Assembly: GCA_963762255.1 (NCBI GenBank) | Contig: CAVXKA010000003.1 | Coordinates: 832,001-896,000 of the forward strand | Direction of reading: 5' to 3' | Origin: Candidatus Eiseniibacteriota bacterium | GTDB taxonomy: Bacteria > Eisenbacteria > RBG-16-71-46 > JABDJR01 | DNA length: 64,000 nt | In this document: one piece after another, positions 1 to 8,530 of the stretch | Position numbering within the stretch: the first letter of the stretch is position 1 | Layout: each line of letters opens with the position of its first letter | Translations under genes and position numbers: made by a program | The notes under the pieces: generated by a model | What the model was told of the DNA's origin: nothing | Databases searched by the model: none | Seen by the model: the letters and a program-made list of their open reading frames with translations, nothing else

Positions 1-778
1 CGACCGGCCAGCCTGTCTTGGGATTCAGGATGTGGCTCAGGCGGCGGCCGTGGTGAAACACGTAGCGGCGCGCGTTGCCGGTGGTGGCGAGTCCCCCGCG
101 CGCGAGATCCACACGGTAGAGCACCGCCTCGCCGGTGCGTTGGGGATCGTCGATGCCCACCCCCCAGGGCCGGCCGCCTCGGCGCGCCCCGCCCGCGAAG
201 AGATCGCCGCCGAAGTTGACGAGAAATGCGGAGTCGACCCGTTCGGCGATGAGCAACGCGGCGCGATCCACCGCATACTCCTTGCCGATCCCTCCGAGGT
301 CGATCTCCATCCCGGCCGGCAGAGTCAGCGTGGGCCGCTCCCATCGCACGCGGTGCCACCCCACATGCTCCAGGACCTCGGCCACCGCCGCCGAGGACGG
401 CACGCGATCGCTACCGTCGAACGTCCACACGCGGCGTAGCGCCCCCGAGGTGATGTCGAAGAGCCCGCCGGAGACTTCATGGCAAGTGGCCGCATAGTCG
501 AGGAACATGGCCGTCTCGTCGTCCACCGTCACCGGACGTCCCCCGGAGTGGTTGATCCGATGGACGACGTTGTCCTCGCGGTAGCGACTGAACGATCGCT
601 CGATGCGGTGCGCCTCGCGCTCGGCCTCCCGCAACGCCGTCCAAGCTTCCCGCGGATCCTCGGTGTCGACGAGTACTTCGCAGGGGCTCGCCATGGCCGC
701 GAACTTCCCGATGAAGTGATCAGCGGCGCGGGCCAGGGGGGAGCCGCCTGCGGGTCGACGATCTGGGGGATGGATCAT
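1..778 (-). CDS. apbE: FAD:protein FMN transferase (ApbE), 3' end runs off window
   Basis: Not in ORF track. Manual translation from ATG 778: FAAMASPCEV...FSRYR...GLFDITSG...EIDLGGIGKEYAVD...VNFGGD...GGLATTGNARRY...SHILNPKTGWPV, all ApbE signatures. Confidence 0.93.
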   Translation of the reverse strand, partial: MIHPPDRRPAGGSPLARAADHFIGKFAAMASPCEVLVDTEDPREAWTALREAEREAHRIERSFSRYREDNVVHRINHSGGRPVTVDDETAMFLDYAATCHEVSGGLFDITSGALRRVWTFDGSDRVPSSAAVAEVLEHVGWHRVRWERPTLTLPAGMEIDLGGIGKEYAVDRAALLIAERVDSAFLVNFGGDLFAGGARRGGRPWGVGIDDPQRTGEAVLYRVDLARGGLATTGNARRYVFHHGRRLSHILNPKTGWPV

Positions 779-796
779 GTGTCACCCGCAAGCGGC

Positions 797-2067
797 TCAG
801 AACTGGACCGAATACGCGACGACCACGGAACCGATCGAGAGCGGCGGAGCCAGGTCCACGTTCCGCTCGTGCCCGATCGCCTCTTGGGGATGCCCGTCGC
901 CCCATTGACGCATGTACTCGGCGCGCACCGCCCATTCTCCGGGCGCATTAGGGATCTGGAACCCGTAGGTCCCGCCCACCGTGAACGTGCGGAGCGCGCC
1001 CAATCGATAGTCGGCCGACGCGTAGTCGGGAAAGGGTGTGCCGTCGACCAACGCGTAGCGAAAGAAGTTGGCCCTCGATTGGAAGTAGTAGCGCACGTGC
1101 GGCTCGACATAGCGATGGTTCTCCAACTCGTGACGGTACCGGACGTCGGCGGTGTTGGACCGGATCCCCCAATCGTCCCAGTAATAGCGGTCGGAGGTGT
1201 AGAGGATGTCCTTCTGAAGATGGTAGACGGAGTTGGCCAGTACGCTCGTGCGTCGGCGTGCCGACGGCCGCTTCTCGGTGGTCTGGCCCATCTGATCGCC
1301 GCTGACCGCGTCCACCAAACTGAGGATCTTGTAGGGCTCGGTGAGGTAACCGCGCTCCCGTGTGTGCGACAGGTCCACCCCGACCATCCATCGCCGCGTG
1401 AGCACGCGCGAGACGCCGAGAACGCCGGTGGTCGAACGCTTGGCGTTGGCTCCGGTCCCGATGATCGTCGTGCCGTCGGTGAACGGCGCGCGCGTGCCGC
1501 CGGAAGGGGTTACCTCGTCGCTGTTGGCGCTGCCCCCCACGCTCAACGTGGTCAGCCCGCGCATGAGCGAGAGCGAGACCTTCCCGTTGCCCCCCAGCGA
1601 TTGGTAGTCCTTCTCCTTCGAGAAGTGGCTGCCGAAGGTGGTGCTGAGCCAGCCGCCGTAGGGGCGGGTCCACTCGAGATCGAGCGAGGCACGGGTGTCC
1701 CGGAACGTGTTCGTAGGAATCATCCCCGCTTGCTCGGTTCTCACGTTTCCCGAGGGGGTGGTTCTAGTCTGGATCTGGGTCGATGCGATGGCGCCGGTGG
1801 GCGACGCCCCGGTAACGACGTCGATGCCGAGGGTGGCGGAGAGGCTCTGCCCGCTGGGAAAGAGTCTCGTGATCCTCGCTATGGGCTCCACCACATCCGT
1901 ACGACCGTTCTCACCGTAGAGAAGCCCGGAGCCGTCGAACTGCCACTTTACCTCGAAGCCGCGGGCGCGGCGCCGGCGACTCCGGCCCGCGCCGCCAGAA
2001 GCACGCACGCTGCCGCGCTCAGCCTGCCCCGCAGCGACGCCGATCGCGCCGGGGATCCTAGTTGCAT
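797..2067 (-). CDS. DUF3570-family outer-membrane beta-barrel protein (probable frameshift near 1960)
   Basis: ORF 797..2008 has DVVTGASPTG, SKEKDYQS, GYLTEPYK, RYYWDDWG, SADYRLG and C-terminal YSVQF. A signal-like MQLGSP...ACVLLAA start at 2067 lies in another frame. Confidence 0.82.
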
Positions 2068-2294
2068 CCGCAACCGCCCCCGCCGACCTCCTGCCCGCCG
2101 CTAGATGCCTCCTTGCTGAAGTAGATGTGCTGGTCGATGGCGCCGACCATCGGCATCGGGTTGAAGCTCATCGGCTTCTCGGCCAGGAGATCGCGGTCCC
2201 AAGGCTGCACGTTCATGGCCGCGCAGCCGTCGAAGAGTCCACCTGCGAGCAGAGCCAGCGCGATCCACGCGGCGTGTGCGGTGCGCCGACTCAT
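2058..2294 (-). CDS. DUF4266-family small lipoprotein
   Basis: MSRRTAHAAWIALALLAGGLFDGC...VQPWDRDLLA...HIYFSKEASSGGQEVGGGGCGCN, with the diagnostic GGGCGCN end; ATGA overlap with upstream gene. Confidence 0.9.
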   Translation of the reverse strand: MSRRTAHAAWIALALLAGGLFDGCAAMNVQPWDRDLLAEKPMSFNPMPMVGAIDQHIYFSKEASSGGQEVGGGGCGCN

Positions 2295-2806
2295 GACCCG
2301 CACGCCTTGCAAATGCGCGCCTCGAGATCCGTGGTCTTCTTGGGATCGAAACCGACGTGCGAGTAGAGGATCTCTCCCTTGGGCCCGATGAGGACCGTCG
2401 ACGGCAACCCTGAAACGTGGAACGCCTTGGCGACCCCAGCCGACGGATCGAATGCGACCGTGAACGGGGCCGGGTGCCTCTCGAGGAATGTCTCTGCAGC
2501 GGCGTGATCCTTGTCGAGGCTGATCGCCACGATCTCGAGTCCGGCGGCGCCATACCGTTCGTGCATGGTGGCCAGCCATGGGAAGGACTTCTCACAAGGC
2601 CCGCACCAGGAGGCCCAGAAGTCCACGAGCACGACCTTTCCCTCCAGCGACTGCAAGGAGACGGTCCCCGAGTCGGTGGGTAGGTTGAAGCCCGGGGCCA
2701 CGGCAACCGATGAGAAGATCGCGGAAGCTTCTGCCGACGAATATGTTACGGTCGGCGCCACGAGGGCGGAGCAGAGGACCAGCACGGCGAGCGGCAACGG
2801 TCTCAT
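2291..2806 (-). CDS. TlpA-family thiol:disulfide oxidoreductase
   Basis: Signal peptide, GKVVLVDFWASWCGPC, cis-Pro GLPST; GAGGAGG SD before ATG 2806. Confidence 0.92.
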   Translation of the reverse strand: MRPLPLAVLVLCSALVAPTVTYSSAEASAIFSSVAVAPGFNLPTDSGTVSLQSLEGKVVLVDFWASWCGPCEKSFPWLATMHERYGAAGLEIVAISLDKDHAAAETFLERHPAPFTVAFDPSAGVAKAFHVSGLPSTVLIGPKGEILYSHVGFDPKKTTDLEARICKACGS

Positions 2807-2826
2807 CCCGAAGCGACCTCCTCGGC

Positions 2827-2841
2827 GCAAGCCCGGCGCCA
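2827..2841 (-). promoter_or_regulatory. Possible sigma-54 (-24/-12) element
   Basis: Minus strand TGGCGC-CGGGC-TTGC with correct GG-N10-GC spacing, but the predicted +1 would fall downstream of the tlpA SD. Confidence 0.3.
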
Positions 2842-2981
2842 TGGCAATTGTTGGATTGAATACACAAACAGTCAGGAATCGGTTCCAGGCATCCTTCGGC
2901 CCAGGGGGCAATCTCCAAGAAGAAGCGGCGACCCACCGGTGCGGGCCGCCGTCTCTCATGAATCCGATGGATGGACGGGGA

Positions 2982-3827
2982 TCAGAAGCGGGACTTCAGA
3001 CGACTCCAGGTAACCGGCTGGACCGGGATCACCTGCTCGCGACCGGCGATGGTCATGATGCGACCTGCCGCGTCCACGTCCACCGCGCTGAGCCCGGCGG
3101 TCGAGGTGAAGACCACGTGCGATGCGTTGCCGTTCACATCGGCGTCGGTCAAGCCGAGGGTGGCGCCGAAGGCCGTCACCGAGAAGCCCACCTCGCTCTG
3201 GTCCGCCGCCGACGACGACACCACGGTCGGGATGAACGCGTAGTGCCCACCCCCGGGGGTCAGCCCGCTCCCACCGTTGCCTTCAGACATGGCGTAGAGT
3301 CCACCCCCCGCGTTGAGGAACGTGGCGATGGCCGCCTGGTTGGTGTTGAGGACGTTCAGCTCGGCCTGGGTCAGAATACCGCCAAAGTCCGACGCCACCA
3401 CGATCGCACAGTAGCCGCCGGGCTGACCGAGCAGCGTCAGCGCCGCGGCCAGAGTCGTGGCATCGTGATGATCGAAGTCCACGCCCTCGACGTAGCCGCT
3501 GGCGATGATCCCGTTCTTACCCACGGTATGCCCGCCGGGCGGCGCGATATTCGACTCCACGAAGAGGAACTTGGGCGCGATCGCGGCGAACGAGTTGAAA
3601 CCCGGGTCCCGGATGAAGTTGATGGCCGTCGTGTTGATGTTGGCGGCTCCGGCCGCGTTCCCACCCAGGGTGGCATGAAAGTCCGGATCATGTCCGGTGA
3701 GGAAGATCGAGCCGGCGTCCGCAGGACGCGTGCCGGCCAGGCCGATCACCATCACGCCGGCGAGCAGGATGTGGACACGCGGACGGACGAATCGGGTGAT
3801 TCCGGGGAAGGCTCTCAATTGATTCAC
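2982..3827 (-). CDS. Secreted hypothetical protein with C-terminal PVQPVTWSRLKSRF tail
   Basis: GTG start with GAGGAGG SD, signal peptide ending PADA-G, GSIFLTGHDPDFH domain, TWxxxK tail. Confidence 0.8.
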   Translation of the reverse strand: MNQLRAFPGITRFVRPRVHILLAGVMVIGLAGTRPADAGSIFLTGHDPDFHATLGGNAAGAANINTTAINFIRDPGFNSFAAIAPKFLFVESNIAPPGGHTVGKNGIIASGYVEGVDFDHHDATTLAAALTLLGQPGGYCAIVVASDFGGILTQAELNVLNTNQAAIATFLNAGGGLYAMSEGNGGSGLTPGGGHYAFIPTVVSSSAADQSEVGFSVTAFGATLGLTDADVNGNASHVVFTSTAGLSAVDVDAAGRIMTIAGREQVIPVQPVTWSRLKSRF

Positions 3828-4059
3828 GGGGGTACCTCCTCATTTTGTAGCGAGATGAACGCAGCCGGCCACGACCGGGCCGATCGCCGGGGAAGAGAAC
3901 CGGGATGCCGGCTTCTTCTCCGCAAACGTGAAATCATACTTATTTAGTCATGATTTACAACTAGGATGTTGTCAGGGGCTTACCGTTCTCTTTGGATCCA
4001 TTTGTCGGTCATACACCCTGAGGTCGGCCCCGCCGATAACAGAGCCCGGGAAGACACCC

Positions 4060-4179
4060 ATGCCCCCAACCAACAAGGTCGTCGCGCACTAACTGACCGG
4101 GGAACTGGTCAACGGTACGACCCACGACTACTTCCCGAGTCGTCCGACCTTTCACATCGATCCGGTGAGGTGGTTGTAG
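4060..4179 (+). pseudogene. Decayed 5' fragment paralogous to gene 21942..22400
   Basis: MPPTNKVVAH*LTGELVNGTTHDYFPSRPTFHID aligns with MQDANKVIAHYLTGELVKGTTHDFFPTRPTFHIE; TAA at 4090-4092 where the intact copy has TAT. Confidence 0.8.
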
Positions 4180-4203
4180 CGAGAGGGCTAGCCGGACAGG
4201 CTC

Positions 4204-5124
4204 CTAGGCCGCCCGCGCGCCCCCCTCGCCGTCTCGCTCCTGGAGCGCGGCATCGAGCTTCTGGATCGTCTCCCGCATCCAGTCGCTCTGCTGCGCGTGC
4301 CGCACGGTGATCCCGGCGGTCTCCGCCAGAACCTGGAGCGCCCTCAAGTCGTGCTTGTCGTAGCGCGTCCCCTCCGTCCGGCTGCTGATGCAGAGCACAC
4401 CCATGAGATCACCGCGGAGGATGATGGGCACGACCATGGCCGCGTGCAGGGAGTCATCGCCCCTCTCGAAGTGCCGGAACCGAGAGGCATCCACGCTCGA
4501 TCCGAGAATGAGGGGCTCTCGCGTCTCGGCCACTCGCCCCGCGATTCCGTACCCCAGCTTCTGCCGCCCGCCGAGAACCTTGGACACGTCGACATGGCCG
4601 GTGGCCGCGCGCACCTCCAGTTCCTTCGTCGTGTAGTCGTACAGCATGAGGGACGCCTGATCGCAGTGAAAGGTGCCGATGCAGGTGTCGGCGATCAGGT
4701 TGAGGACGGTCTGAGGGTCGGTGGAGGCACTGGTCGAATGGGTCACGTTCAAGATATCCCCGAGTCGCCGGTAGTGAGATTCCATATGGTCGAGTGCGTC
4801 CTGCTGGGCGCGCGCCAGACGCTTGCGCATCGCCACGACCCCGCGCTCCTGGATGGTGAGGTGCCCGATGAACAGGAGCTGCGCCACCAGCAAGGCGACC
4901 AGAAGAAGGGCATCGCTGTGAGGCCACGGCCAGCGCGTGTAGCCCCGCTCGCGCAGCAGGATGAGAACGGCACCGGAAAGGCCGGTGCTGCTTACGAACA
5001 TCACGGCGGTGACCAAGAGCCAGTTTCGCCATCCGTGCCTCCCCGGGTCGCGTTCGCCGGACGCCGCACGAATCCCGGACGGGCCCGGCCTGTCGTCCTG
5101 CCCCTCACCTGAGGGCTCCCGCAT
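4204..5124 (-). CDS. Membrane protein with two TM helices and a GAF domain
   Basis: Two hydrophobic helices, then CDQASLMLYD...GYGIAGRVAETREP...AMVVPIILRGDLMGVLCIS (GAF); SD GAGGAG before ATG 5124 (alternative start 5151). Confidence 0.85.
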   Translation of the reverse strand: MREPSGEGQDDRPGPSGIRAASGERDPGRHGWRNWLLVTAVMFVSSTGLSGAVLILLRERGYTRWPWPHSDALLLVALLVAQLLFIGHLTIQERGVVAMRKRLARAQQDALDHMESHYRRLGDILNVTHSTSASTDPQTVLNLIADTCIGTFHCDQASLMLYDYTTKELEVRAATGHVDVSKVLGGRQKLGYGIAGRVAETREPLILGSSVDASRFRHFERGDDSLHAAMVVPIILRGDLMGVLCISSRTEGTRYDKHDLRALQVLAETAGITVRHAQQSDWMRETIQKLDAALQERDGEGGARAA

Positions 5125-5150
5125 GATCGTCTCCTCGTTCAAATGGACCA

Positions 5151-5996
5151 TCAACTGACTCCGATCGGGTCGGGGTTTGCGAACTTCTCAGTCGTCGGCG
5201 GCAATGGCTCGCGCTCCGCACGAACTCGCGAACAGGGGGACAGGCGGTACACAACCTGCTCCGCGAAGATGGATGGACGAAGCCGGCAGAGGACCGGGAA
5301 CCCGGTGGCCCCGATCACCTTCTCCACGTGGAGTCCCAGACACTCGGCCCACTCCCGAAAATCAGCCACGGTCCAGTACCGCAGGTGCTCCCCGGGAAAC
5401 CATTCCCATTGGATCGGGAACCGCCCGGCAAGGAGCCTCAACCGATGGCGGTAGTAACCCGTGTTCGGCACGGAGATCAGGATTCCCCGGCGGCAGGATT
5501 CGGCAAGGCGCGTCAGGAGGTGCTCCGGTTCGGGTAGATGCTCGAGCACCTCGGACGCGATGACGTAGTCCACAGGGTTCGCCGGCTTCCAACGGGGATC
5601 CAGCAGATCGTGGACCTCGGCGGCGAACCCCTGCGCCCGGGTGAGTTCGACGGCGGTGGCGGAGCCGTCCACACCATAAGCAGGGCCCCGATGACCGCTT
5701 TCCCGGAGCACCGCCAGGAAGTTCCCGTTCCCGCAACCGAGATCCAGCACGGAAGCGTCTGGCTCGATCTCGGCGGCGATGACCGTGAACCGCGGCGGTC
5801 GTTGATCGGCAGCGCGGCGATTCCAGTAGATCTCGTAGTCCGCGCGCACATCGGCGAACTGTTTGCGCTTGCGCGCATAGACCCAGGATCGCCCGATCTC
5901 GGCCACCGCATAGGATATGGCCAACCACAGGACTCTCGGCAGACGGTTGGCTCGCGAGAGATGGAATCGATTCACCGTCGACTTCCGATCGCTCAT
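5151..5996 (-). CDS. Class I SAM-dependent methyltransferase (MetW-like, polysaccharide-associated)
   Basis: VLDLGCGNG, YGVDGS, SEVLEHLPEP, ISVPN. Confidence 0.88.
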   Translation of the reverse strand: MSDRKSTVNRFHLSRANRLPRVLWLAISYAVAEIGRSWVYARKRKQFADVRADYEIYWNRRAADQRPPRFTVIAAEIEPDASVLDLGCGNGNFLAVLRESGHRGPAYGVDGSATAVELTRAQGFAAEVHDLLDPRWKPANPVDYVIASEVLEHLPEPEHLLTRLAESCRRGILISVPNTGYYRHRLRLLAGRFPIQWEWFPGEHLRYWTVADFREWAECLGLHVEKVIGATGFPVLCRLRPSIFAEQVVYRLSPCSRVRAEREPLPPTTEKFANPDPIGVS

Positions 5997-8530
5997 GCCG
6001 CCGTCCGCTCGCGAGCTTCCGGCTCCACGACCCAGGAAGCTCCGCGCTCCTTGAAGCGCCGCTCCCGCTCCGCCGCCGCCTTGATCGCATACAGGGACGG
6101 TGTGTACTCGGGAAGGAGCGCCACGAGGCGCCCCAGCGTGCCGGCAGCGTCCCCTCGCTCCGCGTGCCGAAACAGATCGGCTAGTGCGTCGGCGTCCAGA
6201 AGTCCGCCGTCCGCGCGGGCACGAGCCATTGCAATGCCGGACACGGATGAAGAAACGGGCGCCTCGTCGCGATTCCAGAGCTGTTCGGTGAGCTTCTCTC
6301 CCGGCTTGAGACCGGTGATGGTCACGCCCAACTCATCGAGATCCATGCCGTAGACCGCGGCGACGTGGCGAGCCAGCTCGGCGATGCGAACGGGTTCTCC
6401 CATCTCCAGAATGAAGATCTCCCCCCCCGTCGCCATGCCGCCCGCCTGAAGAACGAGCTCCGAGGCCTCCCTCACCGTGATGAAGAAGCGCTCGACGTCG
6501 GGGTGCGTGATGGTGACGGGGCCGCCGCGCGCGATCTGCCGGCGCAGGATCGGCAGGATGCTTCCTTCCGATCCGAGCACGTTCCCGAAACGCACCGAGG
6601 CGAAGCGCGTGGAGCCCTCGGCGGCCGTGAAATGCAGAACTCTCTCCGCAAGAAGCTTCGTGGCGCCCATTACGCTCGTCGGATCGACCGCCTTGTCGGT
6701 GCTGATGAGAATGCACGTCTTCGCTCCCGCCGCCCGGGCCGCCTGCGCCACCCGATACGTCCCTTCCACGTTGAAACGCACGGCCTCGTCCACCGCCGTC
6801 TCCATGAAGTTCACGTGCTTGCGGGCGGCGGCATGGAACACGAAGTCGGGCTTCTCTTCGAACATGACCTCCTCGAGGCGGCGCGCGTCGAGGATGTTCC
6901 CCACCTCGGCGTGGAAGACGACCTCGGGGTGTGTCGAGCGAATCTCCTCGGCGAGATAGCAGAGCCCGTTCTCCGAGAGATCCAACGCCGCGATCCGCGC
7001 CGCGCCCGCCTCGGCGAGCGAGCGCACGATCTGGCTTCCGATCGACCCGGCGCCCCCCGTCACCAGAACCGTCTTGCCTTGGTAGACAGCGCCGAGGCGG
7101 CTGAGGTCGGTGACGATCGGCTGGCGAGTCAGTACGCCATGGCTGTCCGCGTCCGAAGCCCGGCGTGCCCGCCAATCGCGCGAGGCCCAGACCGGCGGGA
7201 CCGTCCGCACGCACAGGTTGCGGTGCTTGGCCGCGAGCAGCAGGTCCGTCCCCTGAGGGAGATCGGCCGGATCGCCGACCACGTGGATCTCCTCGATGCG
7301 ACTGAAGCAGGTGCTCTCGCTGAGCTCTCCGTAATCGGAGAAGACGGGCACGTCATGACAGAGGTTGCGCACGCTCTCGACCTCTCCCGGGCAGAACACG
7401 GCGAGCGGCCGGAGTCCGATGGTGCGGGAGCGGAGCATCTCGCGAATCAGCGGCTCCACCCGGTCGCTGGAGCCCGCCACCAGAATCGGCGTGGCGTGCT
7501 TCGGAATCTCGGCTTCGTATCGCGCGCGACGCGCGGCGCGCAGGGCCACGAGCGCGGCAAGCGCGAGCAACCCGTCGACGACGAGCACGCGGACACCGCC
7601 CGCCGCTCCCAGGGCGATCAGCGTGAACGGCGCACAGGCGAGCGCGCCGAGTCCCACTGCAAGAGCCAGTCGCCGAAGGTCGCTGAAGCCGAAGAACTTC
7701 CAGAACTGGACCGGCACCCGGAGAATGAAGAGGCTCGCGCCCTGCACGAGGAGCCACCCGGGGAGGAGCCGCAGGCCGATTTCAGGGGTACCGGGGAACG
7801 TGAGCATCCACGCACCCACTCCCGCGGCGGAGAGCGCAATCATGTCGAGGGCGAGTTTCAGGAGATCGAATCTGCCGAGGCCGAGCACATATCGAAGCTC
7901 ACGACGGATCTGGCGCCAAATTCCCAGCACCAAGACATCCCCGAGGAAGATGATGGGGATGGTTGCCGCGAGGAAGCCGAGATCCGTCCAGAGGGTCCGC
8001 CGCTCCGCGTAGGCCTCGCTGACCGCAAGCTTGTGCGGGAGGATGACCTCCAGATACTCGCGCTCGGGATCCTCGCCCGCCGCGAGTTGCGCGGCCTCGT
8101 TCGAATAGTGAAGCGTGGCGGGATCCACGAGCCCCGGCCGCCGGGTGAGGATGCGGGAGAACTTCTCCGGGAAGAGGCGCGCGTAGGCGGACACTTCGGG
8201 GCGCGACCCCACCAGGCTCATGTCGCCGCGAAGCACGTTGACGAGCTGCGGCAGCTCGTCGAGCTTGAAGCGCCGGAGGAGCCGCCCCCAGGCGGTCACG
8301 CGGGCATCGTCGGGACCGGTGACCGAGGGTCCCATGCGCGCGGCCCCGATGACCATCGTCCGGAACTTGTACAGGGTGAACGGCTTCATGTCCCGTCCCA
8401 TGCGTTCCTGGCGAAAGAGGATCGGGCCGGACTGCTTGAGCTTGACCGAGATCGCCACCAGGGCGAACACGGGCGCCAGAACGATGAGCGCAAGCGTGGA
8501 AGCGAGCATATCCAAGGAGCGCGTCATCAT
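5993..8530 (-). CDS. Fused priming phosphoglycosyl transferase (PglC/WcaJ-like) + nucleotide-sugar 4,6-dehydratase (PglF/CapD-like)
   Basis: N-terminal GPILFRQERMG, FTLYKFRTM, KLDELPQLVNVLRGDMSLVG; C-terminal VLVTGGAGSIGS, FHAAARKHV, ISTDKAVDPTSVMGATK, VRFGNVLGS, GLKPGEKL. Confidence 0.9.
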   Translation of the reverse strand: MMTRSLDMLASTLALIVLAPVFALVAISVKLKQSGPILFRQERMGRDMKPFTLYKFRTMVIGAARMGPSVTGPDDARVTAWGRLLRRFKLDELPQLVNVLRGDMSLVGSRPEVSAYARLFPEKFSRILTRRPGLVDPATLHYSNEAAQLAAGEDPEREYLEVILPHKLAVSEAYAERRTLWTDLGFLAATIPIIFLGDVLVLGIWRQIRRELRYVLGLGRFDLLKLALDMIALSAAGVGAWMLTFPGTPEIGLRLLPGWLLVQGASLFILRVPVQFWKFFGFSDLRRLALAVGLGALACAPFTLIALGAAGGVRVLVVDGLLALAALVALRAARRARYEAEIPKHATPILVAGSSDRVEPLIREMLRSRTIGLRPLAVFCPGEVESVRNLCHDVPVFSDYGELSESTCFSRIEEIHVVGDPADLPQGTDLLLAAKHRNLCVRTVPPVWASRDWRARRASDADSHGVLTRQPIVTDLSRLGAVYQGKTVLVTGGAGSIGSQIVRSLAEAGAARIAALDLSENGLCYLAEEIRSTHPEVVFHAEVGNILDARRLEEVMFEEKPDFVFHAAARKHVNFMETAVDEAVRFNVEGTYRVAQAARAAGAKTCILISTDKAVDPTSVMGATKLLAERVLHFTAAEGSTRFASVRFGNVLGSEGSILPILRRQIARGGPVTITHPDVERFFITVREASELVLQAGGMATGGEIFILEMGEPVRIAELARHVAAVYGMDLDELGVTITGLKPGEKLTEQLWNRDEAPVSSSVSGIAMARARADGGLLDADALADLFRHAERGDAAGTLGRLVALLPEYTPSLYAIKAAAERERRFKERGASWVVEPEARERTAA

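Noticed and set aside
479-2104. Long + strand ORFs antisense to real genes (e.g. 479..2104, 6365..8599, 29594..31408, 33981..35780, 56578..58125)
   Set aside because: Shadow ORFs typical of high-GC DNA; the opposite strand carries clear family motifs
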